NCBI GenBank assembly: GCA_963768845.1
Contig: CAVYJJ010000014.1
Location: 201,371-265,370 of the forward strand
Source: an uncultured Methanoregulaceae archaeon
GTDB taxonomy: Archaea > Halobacteriota > Methanomicrobia > Methanomicrobiales > Methanospirillaceae
Direction of reading: 5' to 3'
Length of the DNA stretch: 64,000 nucleotides
Program-made: the position numbers and the translations under genes
Shown here: piece by piece, positions 47,079-56,447 of the stretch
Position numbering within the stretch: the first letter of the stretch is position 1
Layout: every line of letters starts with the position of its first letter
The notes under the pieces: model-generated
Database searches by the model: none
Told to the model about the DNA's origin: nothing
Seen by the model: the letters and a program-made list of their open reading frames with translations, nothing else

Positions 47079-47837
47079 TTATTTTTCATGCGCAGATTTG
47101 ATTATTATCCTGACAAGATCAAGGACTGCGCCCAGAGCCGGGCTGTTGACAGGAATTTGTGATACCGGTGTTGCAGCAAGGTCCGCAGCCTCGACCAGTG
47201 GATCATCCGGAATTATCGCTATGGGTGTATCATTCCCAAAATCAACCGGGGCTGTTCCTGATTTGTACCGGTTAAAAACAATAAAAATTTTTTCCTTTTC
47301 AAGCCCGAGCTGAGTTGCGATTTCACGTATACGCGCAATCGTACGCAATCCACGTGCCCCGGGATCGCTTACGATCAACAGCATATCCGGCTTTCCGATT
47401 GTTCCCCTGCTGATATGCTCCATACCAGCCTCAGTATCGATTACGATGAACCGGTAATCACGCTCAAGCCGGGTTATACATTCTGATAATAAATCGTTGG
47501 CGAAACAATAACATCCACTACCCTCCGGACGACCCATTGCGATAAGATCAAACCCCTTTGCTTCCACCAGAGCCTGGCGGAAACGGAACCTCACATAATC
47601 GTGCCGGTTCATCCCCGGGGGTATATGCCGGGTGAATGCTTCTTCCCGCATGCACCCCAGCGTTTCATGAACAGTTACTCCAAGCGCTTCGTGGAGGTTT
47701 GCATTCGGGTCTGCATCGACCGCGAGAACGGGAGTTTCCCCCTGCTCGATAAGCGAACGGATGATAAGGGAACTTACCGTCGTCTTACCGGTCCCGCCCT
47801 TACCTGACAGTGCAATGATGAATGGATGGTGTGCCAT
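47079..47837 (-). CDS. cooC: CooC/AcsF nickel-insertion ATPase
   Basis: SGKGGTGKTT, AVDADPNANL, MGRPEGSGCYC, DTEAGMEHISRG. Confidence 0.9.
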   Translation of the reverse strand: MAHHPFIIALSGKGGTGKTTVSSLIIRSLIEQGETPVLAVDADPNANLHEALGVTVHETLGCMREEAFTRHIPPGMNRHDYVRFRFRQALVEAKGFDLIAMGRPEGSGCYCFANDLLSECITRLERDYRFIVIDTEAGMEHISRGTIGKPDMLLIVSDPGARGLRTIARIREIATQLGLEKEKIFIVFNRYKSGTAPVDFGNDTPIAIIPDDPLVEAADLAATPVSQIPVNSPALGAVLDLVRIIIKSAHEK

Positions 47838-47867
47838 AAAAAGTCCTTCGTTTATCCTGACCCGAAG

Positions 47868-48908
47868 TTATTCTCCGTATTCTTGGTGCCGGATACGCTG
47901 CGAGATCTGTTCGGCTGTCTGCATGATAGCAATGGCCCCGTTCCGGTCAGCAAACCGTATACCACAGCTTGGTGTGATAAGGGACTGTGCATCAAAAAGA
48001 TGCTCATCCATACATGAGCAAAGCTGGGTTCTGACAGCAAGATACTTCTGATACAAGGTTTCAGGAGTCTCGGATTCAAAGATTTTGTATTCTGCAGGAA
48101 CGATACCCCAGGCTACCACTCCTCCTTGTTCCATATAAGTAACCAGCGAATCCGAAAACAGCAGGAACTCCTTTGCTGTTGTGTATGCATCGAGGGAAAT
48201 AACTGATGGCCTGAGATCCAGCACGAATTCCCAGTCTGTATTTGAGCAGCAATGGATTCCAAGCCCGCCTTCGACTAATGCAGAGACATCCTCCCAGCCG
48301 GATCTCACCGTATCCTGATCAATTGTCACAACAGATGATCCCAGTGAAGCGAAGTAAGGCTCGTTCAAAACAACAAGTGTTTCTTTTACACCGGTCCGGT
48401 TTCTCATCTCCATCTCGCACCATCGGGCCTTGAGAGCGATCATTTTTGAGAGCACATCTGCAAGTTGCGAATCATAGTAGATTGGACGCTTGTTTGAATC
48501 AACCACCTGCATACCAAATGTGACCGGCCCTGTCACCTGGCATTTCAGTACCATTGCATGAGAAAGTTCATGGTTCATCATTTCGATAAAACCTGACGCG
48601 AACTCCTCGTGGAGACCGTAGGGAGTATAGTTGCATTCAACATAATCCATGTAGACTTTTTCAATATCGGCAGTGTGGTCAGTGGTGCTGTCATAGAGGA
48701 GCCGGTTTTCCCGGATAATACGTCCTGGCAATTGTTCGGAATCACAAAAGACAATACTTTCAAGTTCCCCATGGTCCGGGAGGGAGGGTATATAGATGAA
48801 TTTCTGAAATATGTCCAGAACATCATTACATGCAACAACTGGATCCGTATGGGGAAGTGCACCGACTCCGGTTGCAAGGGAATTTGGCGAAGGGATCATC
48901 TTTGCCAT
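47868..48908 (-). CDS. Folate-independent core-MetE methionine synthase (MesB-like, methylcobamide:homocysteine methyltransferase)
   Basis: 346 aa single barrel; TGVGALPHTDP, KCQVTGPVTFG, LNEPY, Zn ligands GIHCCSNTDW and LITPSCG; no N-terminal folate-binding half. Confidence 0.78.
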   Translation of the reverse strand: MAKMIPSPNSLATGVGALPHTDPVVACNDVLDIFQKFIYIPSLPDHGELESIVFCDSEQLPGRIIRENRLLYDSTTDHTADIEKVYMDYVECNYTPYGLHEEFASGFIEMMNHELSHAMVLKCQVTGPVTFGMQVVDSNKRPIYYDSQLADVLSKMIALKARWCEMEMRNRTGVKETLVVLNEPYFASLGSSVVTIDQDTVRSGWEDVSALVEGGLGIHCCSNTDWEFVLDLRPSVISLDAYTTAKEFLLFSDSLVTYMEQGGVVAWGIVPAEYKIFESETPETLYQKYLAVRTQLCSCMDEHLFDAQSLITPSCGIRFADRNGAIAIMQTAEQISQRIRHQEYGE

Positions 48909-48912
48909 GTAA

Positions 48913-50814
48913 TCAGCCGCTCCTGAGTCTGCAGGCCTCAAGAAGCTTCTGGACCATAGGGAACAAGGTAAGATCAGTATGGGGTAAGAACGTACTTGAG
49001 GTATACTCATCCATAAATGATGGTTCTGCATTCAGTTCGATATACGCAATCCGGGATGCAATCTGGTCGAGCGTTTTTCGCGCCCTTCGGTTATTAAGCG
49101 CGAGATTTGCCCCGGTCACAGCCCCGTTTCCGATATTTTTAATCCTGTCGAGTCCGATCTCCGGGAACAATCCGATGATCGTGGCATTTTTCTTATCCAG
49201 ATAATTACCAAAAGCGCCGGCTAAATAAATGGTGACGATATCATGCCTGTTCACTCCAGCCTCTTTCATCAGCGTCACACATGCGGCATGGATCGACGCC
49301 TTGCTCATGATGAGGTTCTTGATATCATTTTCCGTGATGACAATATCTTTCCCGAGGTCAGTTTCCGCAGCCCAGGCAACAACAAATTCCGGGAAATGGG
49401 CACTGGTACGGATTCTTTTATTGTCTCTCCCGGTGTTAATACGGCCGGTCCGGTCAATAACACATGCCGAGATGAGTTCTGCCAGCAGGTCGATTAAACC
49501 GGAGCCGGTGATGCCACGGGGTTTGATGTTATTGATGGTAGTATATACTGTATCAAGAGTGACGGGATCTACCGTAATTTTCTCAATCGCCCCGGGATTT
49601 GCCCGCATTCCAAAAAGCACTTCACCACCTTCAAGCGCAGGTCCGGCAGCCCCGGCGCAGGAAAACATCCATTCTTTGTTTCCAAGCACAATTTCAAAGT
49701 TGGTCCCGATATCAATCAGGAGCGAGATCTCTTCACGGTCGCTCATACCGCATGCAAGTATATCAGCAACAATATCGCCGCCAATGAAATCACTTACCGC
49801 CGGGAAGACGAACAGCCCGCTATTCTCATTTATTGAAATTCCAATTCTGCCTGCTGCAACTGAGAGCGCCCGCTGGACAACCGGAACATACGGCTCTGCG
49901 ATGATGTATGCCGGATCGATGCCAAGAAGCATATGCGACATAACCGTATTACCGGCAATGACAACCTCATAAATATCCTCGCGGTCAATCCCGCCGGTAT
50001 TTGAGGCTGAGGTTATTGCTGCATTTATGCTCTCAGCAGCGAGGGCCTGGAGTTTCACCAGCCCGTTTTTCCGTGCAAAATTCACGCGGGCAAGAATATC
50101 TTCACCGCAGCTAATCTGTTTATTATAATTTGAAGCAATGGCAGCAATCCTGCCATTGACCAGGTCCCAGAGATGAACGACGACTGTGGTTGTTCCAAGA
50201 TCAACTGCAGCACCAAACAACCGATCCGAAGTATCATTTTCCTGAATATCAATAAGACGGTAACCCCCGGGAACAAGGGCAATTGTTGCGGTGACTTTCC
50301 AGTCACTGTGACGAAGGAGTGTGGGTATTTCACGCATAACTTCAAGCGGAACATAGACCTTTTCCGCAACCGGTCCACCGATCTTCTGGATGCCCCACAA
50401 AAGGCGGGTCAGATCCGGTGATGGGTCTGTGAGCGTTGGTGGCTGGAGTTCGACATAATACTTTTTGACAGATGGGTGGAAATCGATCTCTGTTTCGATG
50501 CCTGCCATAAGGATTTTTTGTTCCTGGATAAGGGTACGATCAGGAATAAATACCTGAAGATCACCCTGCACAAGGGTCTCGCAGGCAAGACAGGCGCCTT
50601 TTTTTAGTTCAGCCTCATCAAAAAAACGCGAATATTTCTGACAATCGAATTGTGTTTTTCCGCTTTGGACATACACCACGCACTTACCACATTTGCCCTG
50701 TCCACCGCAGACAACATTGATGTTCAGACCAGCTTTCTGGGCAGCATCAAGGATGGTGCTCCCACGTGCGACGTCAATTTTGCGATAACTGGGAAGAAAT
50801 GTTACCGTGCGCAT
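48913..50814 (-). CDS. ATP-dependent reductive activator of corrinoid proteins (RACo/RamA-like; 2Fe-2S plus ASKHA)
   Basis: CGGQGKCGKC...LAC 2Fe-2S motif, DLGTTT, DIGTNFEI, AAGPALEG, GSGLID, LAGAFG. Confidence 0.9.
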   Translation of the reverse strand: MRTVTFLPSYRKIDVARGSTILDAAQKAGLNINVVCGGQGKCGKCVVYVQSGKTQFDCQKYSRFFDEAELKKGACLACETLVQGDLQVFIPDRTLIQEQKILMAGIETEIDFHPSVKKYYVELQPPTLTDPSPDLTRLLWGIQKIGGPVAEKVYVPLEVMREIPTLLRHSDWKVTATIALVPGGYRLIDIQENDTSDRLFGAAVDLGTTTVVVHLWDLVNGRIAAIASNYNKQISCGEDILARVNFARKNGLVKLQALAAESINAAITSASNTGGIDREDIYEVVIAGNTVMSHMLLGIDPAYIIAEPYVPVVQRALSVAAGRIGISINENSGLFVFPAVSDFIGGDIVADILACGMSDREEISLLIDIGTNFEIVLGNKEWMFSCAGAAGPALEGGEVLFGMRANPGAIEKITVDPVTLDTVYTTINNIKPRGITGSGLIDLLAELISACVIDRTGRINTGRDNKRIRTSAHFPEFVVAWAAETDLGKDIVITENDIKNLIMSKASIHAACVTLMKEAGVNRHDIVTIYLAGAFGNYLDKKNATIIGLFPEIGLDRIKNIGNGAVTGANLALNNRRARKTLDQIASRIAYIELNAEPSFMDEYTSSTFLPHTDLTLFPMVQKLLEACRLRSG

Positions 50815-50927
50815 GTTGATCGATCCTTTTCAATAGCATTGGGAAGAGAGATAAGAAATATGCTCTGATGGATGTGCGGATCATTTGTTTGAGCTGACGA
50901 TCAGAAAAAAATTATGAATCCTTTTTT

Positions 50928-52272
50928 TTAGGATTCGTGTTTCTTCCAGACCTCATGCAGGAATTCCCCGATCTCTGCTGCATCGCGGGGACCAACCATC
51001 ACGTTCCAACCGGTTGCTTCTTCAATCCTCCCTGATAGTGGCGCAGAATATCCCGGAATAATCAGAATTTTGTGAGATACCTCGCGCTCTATTTCAAATT
51101 TTTTTATGGAGTCGCGCACAAGAGTTTCATTGAGTTTTCCTGCGGCAACAGCCGTCAGTACTGATAGTCCTTCCGTATCGACTATCAGCATAAAACAGGG
51201 AACACGGGTTGCCTCCAGATAACCTTCAAGGGTAAAGAAAGTAAGGGAGAAATTTACCGTTAAGAGGACAGGGGCATCTCTTCCCGGGTTTCCGATCCGG
51301 TATAGTCCCGGGTTCATCTGGATCGGTTTCTGGGGATCTGTGTAAATATTCTGCCTGAGGGTAAGAACTGCTTTTGCGGAGGCCGGGTTAAGAGGGTGCG
51401 TGATGATTATCGATGCATATTTGACAATCCCTAATGCAATTGCAGCATCCTGCAACGTGTGCTGGGCAGCATCAAGAAATATCGGGTAGCCCAGATCCGG
51501 AGACTCCACGCGAAATTGCCAGCTGACGTATAGCAGTTGAGGTAGTGATAAAATCGCCAAGGGATTGGGTGTATGGATCCAGAACCAGTTTTTTTATGCC
51601 TTCAGCCTGGCAGGCTTTGACAAGACTGACAAGATCATCAAGTCCATGAGCTTTAATTACCAGAGGGCACTCGTATTTTTTGGCAAGTGAACACATTTCT
51701 CTCAGATTTTGTTCTGTTGCCGCATGGATGAGCGGTTTGTAGCTTCCGACCTGCACCAATGCCAAAGTGAGTGATTCTATGTTCCCGGATATCAAAACGA
51801 GAGGAAGATCTGCATTTTCTTCCACTATGGAGACTGCCCGGGCGAATATTTCTGCTGAACCACTGGAATTCTCAATCGCGATGCCATTGAACTGCAGATC
51901 AGCGCCGACCCGGGTAAATGACTCATCCCTGATACGGATAGTTACAGCCGCTATTTCTTCAGGAGGCTGGGTATCATATACCTTGAAAAGAATACCCGGG
52001 GGGTGATAGAACGTTTTATCATGACGGTACAGGACAAATTCCTCACCAACCGCAAATGATCGTTCTCCCACGCCGATTTTTACACGCTGGATAGGGGGTC
52101 GGGTGGTTGCACCCAGCACGGTCTTTGCCTGTTCATCCAGGTACGGGCAGTTCTCAGGATCTGCTTTTCCTCCGGCAAGTTTCATCGCAAACGTGAGACA
52201 GGTCGGATCACCACATTCCTTGCAGTTCTTTTTTGGGAGAAGTTTGTAGATATCCAGTGCCTTCAGAGCCAT
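50928..52272 (-). CDS. acsC: Corrinoid Fe-S protein large subunit (AcsC/CdhE; frameshift near 51500)
   Basis: IYKLLPKKNCKECGDPTCLTFAMKL...CPY, LRQNIYTDPQKP, NFSLTFF, GLSVLTAVAAGK, VGPRDA. Confidence 0.93.
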
Positions 52273-52275
52273 GTA

Positions 52276-53232
52276 TCATTTCACCTCCACAAATCCGGCT
52301 CTGTTCCTGATACCTGCAAACGCTTTTTTCAGCATTCCGACCGTTTTGGGATGACGGACACAAATAATCTCAGCACCGGCAACAGCTGCCGCGATACCTG
52401 TATAAAACTCCCATTGCATGGCAACCTCATCCTGCATGGCAGGTTCTGCTTCCCTCACTTCCTTTATTGTCAAAGAATCCACAGGGGAACAAATCATAGG
52501 CATAGCGAGGTCTGAATCGCCTTTTAATGCAGAAAAACGGATTCGCTCCATAGCCGAATAGGAATATTCGAAACCATAACCCAGTGCTCCGGTATAGGGA
52601 TCGATCATAATATGATCCCGCTGCACGCCAATCTCCCGTAACAGGATATTGAGTTGTTTGGCAAGGTTTACATCGATCGGTGACTGTGCGATAAGCGAGT
52701 GGTTGTATGCAAGGGCTGCCGCAGCAATACTCCGGTATCTTCCCGCTTCAGCAGTTCCCAGGAGTACCCGTTCACCTTGGGCGGTCTCACCACACTTTAA
52801 GAAGACCTCGCTGTCGATCCTCGGTTCGTTGCTTCCTTCAATAATCAATGGCAGACCTGTTGCGGACAACACACCCTCAACAGTTTTTCCTACGGACGCG
52901 ATATCGGAAAAGTCTCTCTGTCGCGTGCTGGTCAGGTACAGCCGGACCAGATCGGCACCATAGACTTTTTCTGCAGTCCTGGCCCATTCATTCGCGTCCT
53001 CAACCAGATCCCCGCAGTATTTTTTGATAATTGGCGACCAGAATTCCGGGTTGTCACAGATCTCCAAAGCAACGAGTGGAGCAGGAGAGGGGAGATTTCC
53101 ATCCAGAAAAGGAAGAGTATTCCCCCCACCAATGCAGTATGCGGTATTTCTTGTTCCGCCGTCTTTTTGGGTTGCTCCCAGGATAACCTGACCAATAGCA
53201 CCAGTCCATCCAAAGTTAAGATCATATCCCAT
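52276..53232 (-). CDS. acsD: Corrinoid Fe-S protein small subunit (AcsD/CdhD)
   Basis: GATQKDGGTR, SPIDVNLAKQLN, IDPYTGALGYGFEYSYSAMERIR, VRHP. Confidence 0.92.
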   Translation of the reverse strand: MGYDLNFGWTGAIGQVILGATQKDGGTRNTAYCIGGGNTLPFLDGNLPSPAPLVALEICDNPEFWSPIIKKYCGDLVEDANEWARTAEKVYGADLVRLYLTSTRQRDFSDIASVGKTVEGVLSATGLPLIIEGSNEPRIDSEVFLKCGETAQGERVLLGTAEAGRYRSIAAAALAYNHSLIAQSPIDVNLAKQLNILLREIGVQRDHIMIDPYTGALGYGFEYSYSAMERIRFSALKGDSDLAMPMICSPVDSLTIKEVREAEPAMQDEVAMQWEFYTGIAAAVAGAEIICVRHPKTVGMLKKAFAGIRNRAGFVEVK

Positions 53233-53241
53233 GCTATTACC

Positions 53242-55272
53242 TCACATCAATGGCTTCATGGTGAGCGCCGGGTGGCTGACGCGTTCAAGGAAAGCGATAA
53301 GATCTTCAATAGTGGTCGCAGTATTCTCATCGGCGATCTTTGCAAAGAGATCTGTTTTATTCCGGTCAGTAAGTTTTTTTATTAGCTGAATTTTCAGCTC
53401 TTCTTTAAGCAAAGAAGGCATCCAGACAAGGCGCTCAATGCCTCCTTCTCCCTGTAAGAACCGGTCAGACAGAATATAATTCTTTGAGATCCCTGCAAAT
53501 CCCGGTGTCTGTGCTCCTCCCCCGATGGTTCCCGCAAGCGTTGAAAAGGTCATCCCTGAGGGTGTGATGCCTTTGAATTCGCGGTTCACAACCATGATTC
53601 CATTAACCTCAGGCAACATGAGCGCGATGCATTCAAAGCATCCACAACATGTCATTGGATATTCCATCACACTATACAGAGAACACCGGTCAATTTCCCC
53701 GTGGCTTGCCTTTTTGACAAATTTATTGACCCCATCGTATTCCCCGTTCAGGGTGTTGATAACCGCCCCTTTTTCGATTGGCTGATTTGCACCGGAAGGA
53801 GCGATCTCATACGCAATTTTTCCATCCAGCCAGCTGATAGCTCCACAGAGGGCTGGATGTTCCGGGGTTATAACACAGACATGATTGGGGGCAAATGTCT
53901 GGCAGAGAGTACAGGAATAATAGGTATTTACATCAGTATCCCGCATACCTTTTATACGCGCATCCCTTTCTTCATACACCTTCTCAGCATTTTTTTTTGC
54001 CGCAAGTACCTTTGATTCATCAGTAATAAGCGTGACAGAAACCGCATCCAGCAGTTGGGGAAAATCCATCCGGAATTTACTTGCCAGCAACTTTCCTATA
54101 TGTACAATTTTTACTCCTTTTGCCACGACTTCTTTTGATATCCGAACCCATATGATATCCCGCTGGGCAACGTGCCAGGATCCTTCACCATAATTGACGA
54201 AGTTATGAATCCGTCGCTCGAGAACAGGCTCATAATCTTTTTTCATCGTCTTCCCGGCTACTTCGATGAGGATGGCAAGAGGGTATGCACCACCCTCTTT
54301 CATGGTATCAATCTCGGGTCCGATAACGGTCACTTGCCCATCAGTGACATCAGCTGCAGCACGCATGGATAACAGTTCGAATGCAGGGGATCTTCCTCCC
54401 CCAAACTCAACATACATCTCCTCTTTGCGGATACTTTTTCCTTCAAAAGCAGGAGAGCATCCCATCGGAATGGGTATGGCAGTAATATGAACTTTTATTC
54501 CTTTTTGTTCCAGACCCCGGTGAACAACCTCATCCGGCCGGGTCTTTATCCACTCCCCACCCTCATAATCCCCAAGGGAAAGAATGGGGAAACCGAGAAC
54601 TCTCATTCCATCTACCAATGCAATATCCTGGTCCGAAAGCCCGGGAAATACGATCACGATAGCCTTTGCACGTTCCGAAGCATACGCTAAAAGCCGGTGG
54701 ATATCGCCGGGAGTGACACCCCCGAACATCATCGCGACCCGGGCGATGACATCGACAAAATGGATCCCGTAAAGGGGTGTTGAACCCAGAGGGATGAGGC
54801 GGTACTCAAGTCCCAGCTTTACACCCGAACCGGCAAGAGATGGTACGATGTCTCCTGCAAGGAAGGTAAGCATGTACTTTTCCTGCAATTCACGGCAGAT
54901 GGCTGCTGCACTATCTGAACCAGTGGGTGAACCAACAACCAAAGCAAGCCCAAGGATACTTCCATCGACGAGGGAATAACCCAGTTTTCGTATGATGGTA
55001 TCATCGATAAACCCGGTGTAAGGAGCGGGCTCCTTACCGGCAGCGGCTGTTTTTTCAGCTAGGATGCATTCTGAAGCAACAAGAGGATTGTTGCTGGTAG
55101 AACTAAAAACGTCAAGGGCAGATTTGCGATCATGGACTGCTGTTCCGGTAAGAGCAAACGAAATCGGCAGGTGATATGCGGTTTCACCATAGGAAATTGT
55201 TTGCCGGATGGTGGAGATCATCATCTTTAAAGATTCTTCACCTTTTTTTTTCGCAGTTTCGACGTCGATCAT
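53242..55272 (-). CDS. acsB: Acetyl-CoA synthase, bacterial-type long form (AcsB)
   Basis: A-cluster ligands YSCTLCQTFAPNHVC...LCGA and PMTCCGCFE; EPVLERRIH; N-terminal domain TAYHLP / LVDG; about 676 aa from ATG 55272. Confidence 0.93.
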   Translation of the reverse strand: MIDVETAKKKGEESLKMMISTIRQTISYGETAYHLPISFALTGTAVHDRKSALDVFSSTSNNPLVASECILAEKTAAAGKEPAPYTGFIDDTIIRKLGYSLVDGSILGLALVVGSPTGSDSAAAICRELQEKYMLTFLAGDIVPSLAGSGVKLGLEYRLIPLGSTPLYGIHFVDVIARVAMMFGGVTPGDIHRLLAYASERAKAIVIVFPGLSDQDIALVDGMRVLGFPILSLGDYEGGEWIKTRPDEVVHRGLEQKGIKVHITAIPIPMGCSPAFEGKSIRKEEMYVEFGGGRSPAFELLSMRAAADVTDGQVTVIGPEIDTMKEGGAYPLAILIEVAGKTMKKDYEPVLERRIHNFVNYGEGSWHVAQRDIIWVRISKEVVAKGVKIVHIGKLLASKFRMDFPQLLDAVSVTLITDESKVLAAKKNAEKVYEERDARIKGMRDTDVNTYYSCTLCQTFAPNHVCVITPEHPALCGAISWLDGKIAYEIAPSGANQPIEKGAVINTLNGEYDGVNKFVKKASHGEIDRCSLYSVMEYPMTCCGCFECIALMLPEVNGIMVVNREFKGITPSGMTFSTLAGTIGGGAQTPGFAGISKNYILSDRFLQGEGGIERLVWMPSLLKEELKIQLIKKLTDRNKTDLFAKIADENTATTIEDLIAFLERVSHPALTMKPLM

Positions 55273-55425
55273 CGGAAAATCACTCTGATCATGGGTTGCC
55301 GGGAAAACAGATATAGTTTCGTCAATTTGGGTAAATGCTGACAAAAATTCTCCTGTTCGTTACCAATCCGGTAACAAAAATATTTAACTTCAATAATGAT
55401 ATTCTGTTTAGCAGGAGACTTAAAA

Positions 55426-56336
55426 ATGAATAATTTGCGTTTAAATGACCATTTTTTTTCTATTATTTTGCTCATTACCGTGATTTGTATCATACCGCCT
55501 GTGGTAGCACAAAGCGGGACTGTGACAATTTCTTATCGTGGAGCCGGAGGCTATTATATTGGAGATACCATTATTTTCGATGGAAAGGATACTGTCGGAA
55601 ATTCCACATTATTGAAAATTACCGGGCCGGGTCTGCCGCCAACCGGGGTTCCGATCTATGATCTTGAAGGGATTCCCGGTTCAGGAAACACAGTCCCCAT
55701 GGATACAGATGGATCATGGCGATTTGTATGGTCAACTGCAAATATTAAAGGAATCGATAAACTGGTAACTGCCCGTTACACAGTCACCGCATTTGATCTG
55801 ATAAAGCAGGATACAAACTGCATCGGTCTCATTTTTTTTAAAAAAGCCTGAATTTTATATCAATCCGCAATCCGGTGAGGTTAAACCAGGAGATTATATC
55901 CAGCTGCCAGGGGGTGGCTGAAAAAGGAGTGACAAATGTGAAAATCGATATAACCGATTCAACCGGAAAAATTCTGCACACCCATACCGCACCTGTGAGC
56001 GCCGATGGTTTTTTCAATTATGAGTTTCGAGGGGATATGCAGCCCGGCCAATATTTTGTAAGTGCAAGTAATCCATCTATGAAAGATATACTCAGGAGTG
56101 TCATCAGTGTAGCAGCTCCCGCCGGGACATCCCCAACAATTACTCCTGCACCGGTTTCAACCCCCCCGGAAAATGTTACGGTAACTATTGCAACTTCAGC
56201 AACTCCTTCACAGATGGCCACTCCCGGTCCTTCAGCAGTACCCCTCTCCCCATTCACCGTGATTGCAGGACTCATTTTTTCCGTTATGGTAATTCTTTTG
56301 GGGTCAACCGTACCTGAAAAAAAGATAATCTTCTGA
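55426..56336 (+). CDS. Secreted/cell-surface protein with T/P linker and C-terminal TM (frameshift(s) near 55830-55880)
   Basis: Signal peptide, beta-rich Ig-like repeats (GSWRFVW, GFFNYEF), TPAPVSTP linker, PLSPFTVIAG-TM. Confidence 0.7.
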
Positions 56337-56447
56337 TTTTTTTTAACCGTGAATAGTATCAGAACGAATTTCAGAATTTTTATGAAATCTACCATAATGT
56401 ATATCGGAATTTACCACCAACAATTATAGCACGACTGGTGAATATCT

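Noticed and set aside
49229-49972. 247-aa plus-strand ORF, and similar long antisense ORFs such as 4178-4747 and 20477-21100
   Set aside because: These are shadow ORFs opposite well-supported genes and have no motifs.
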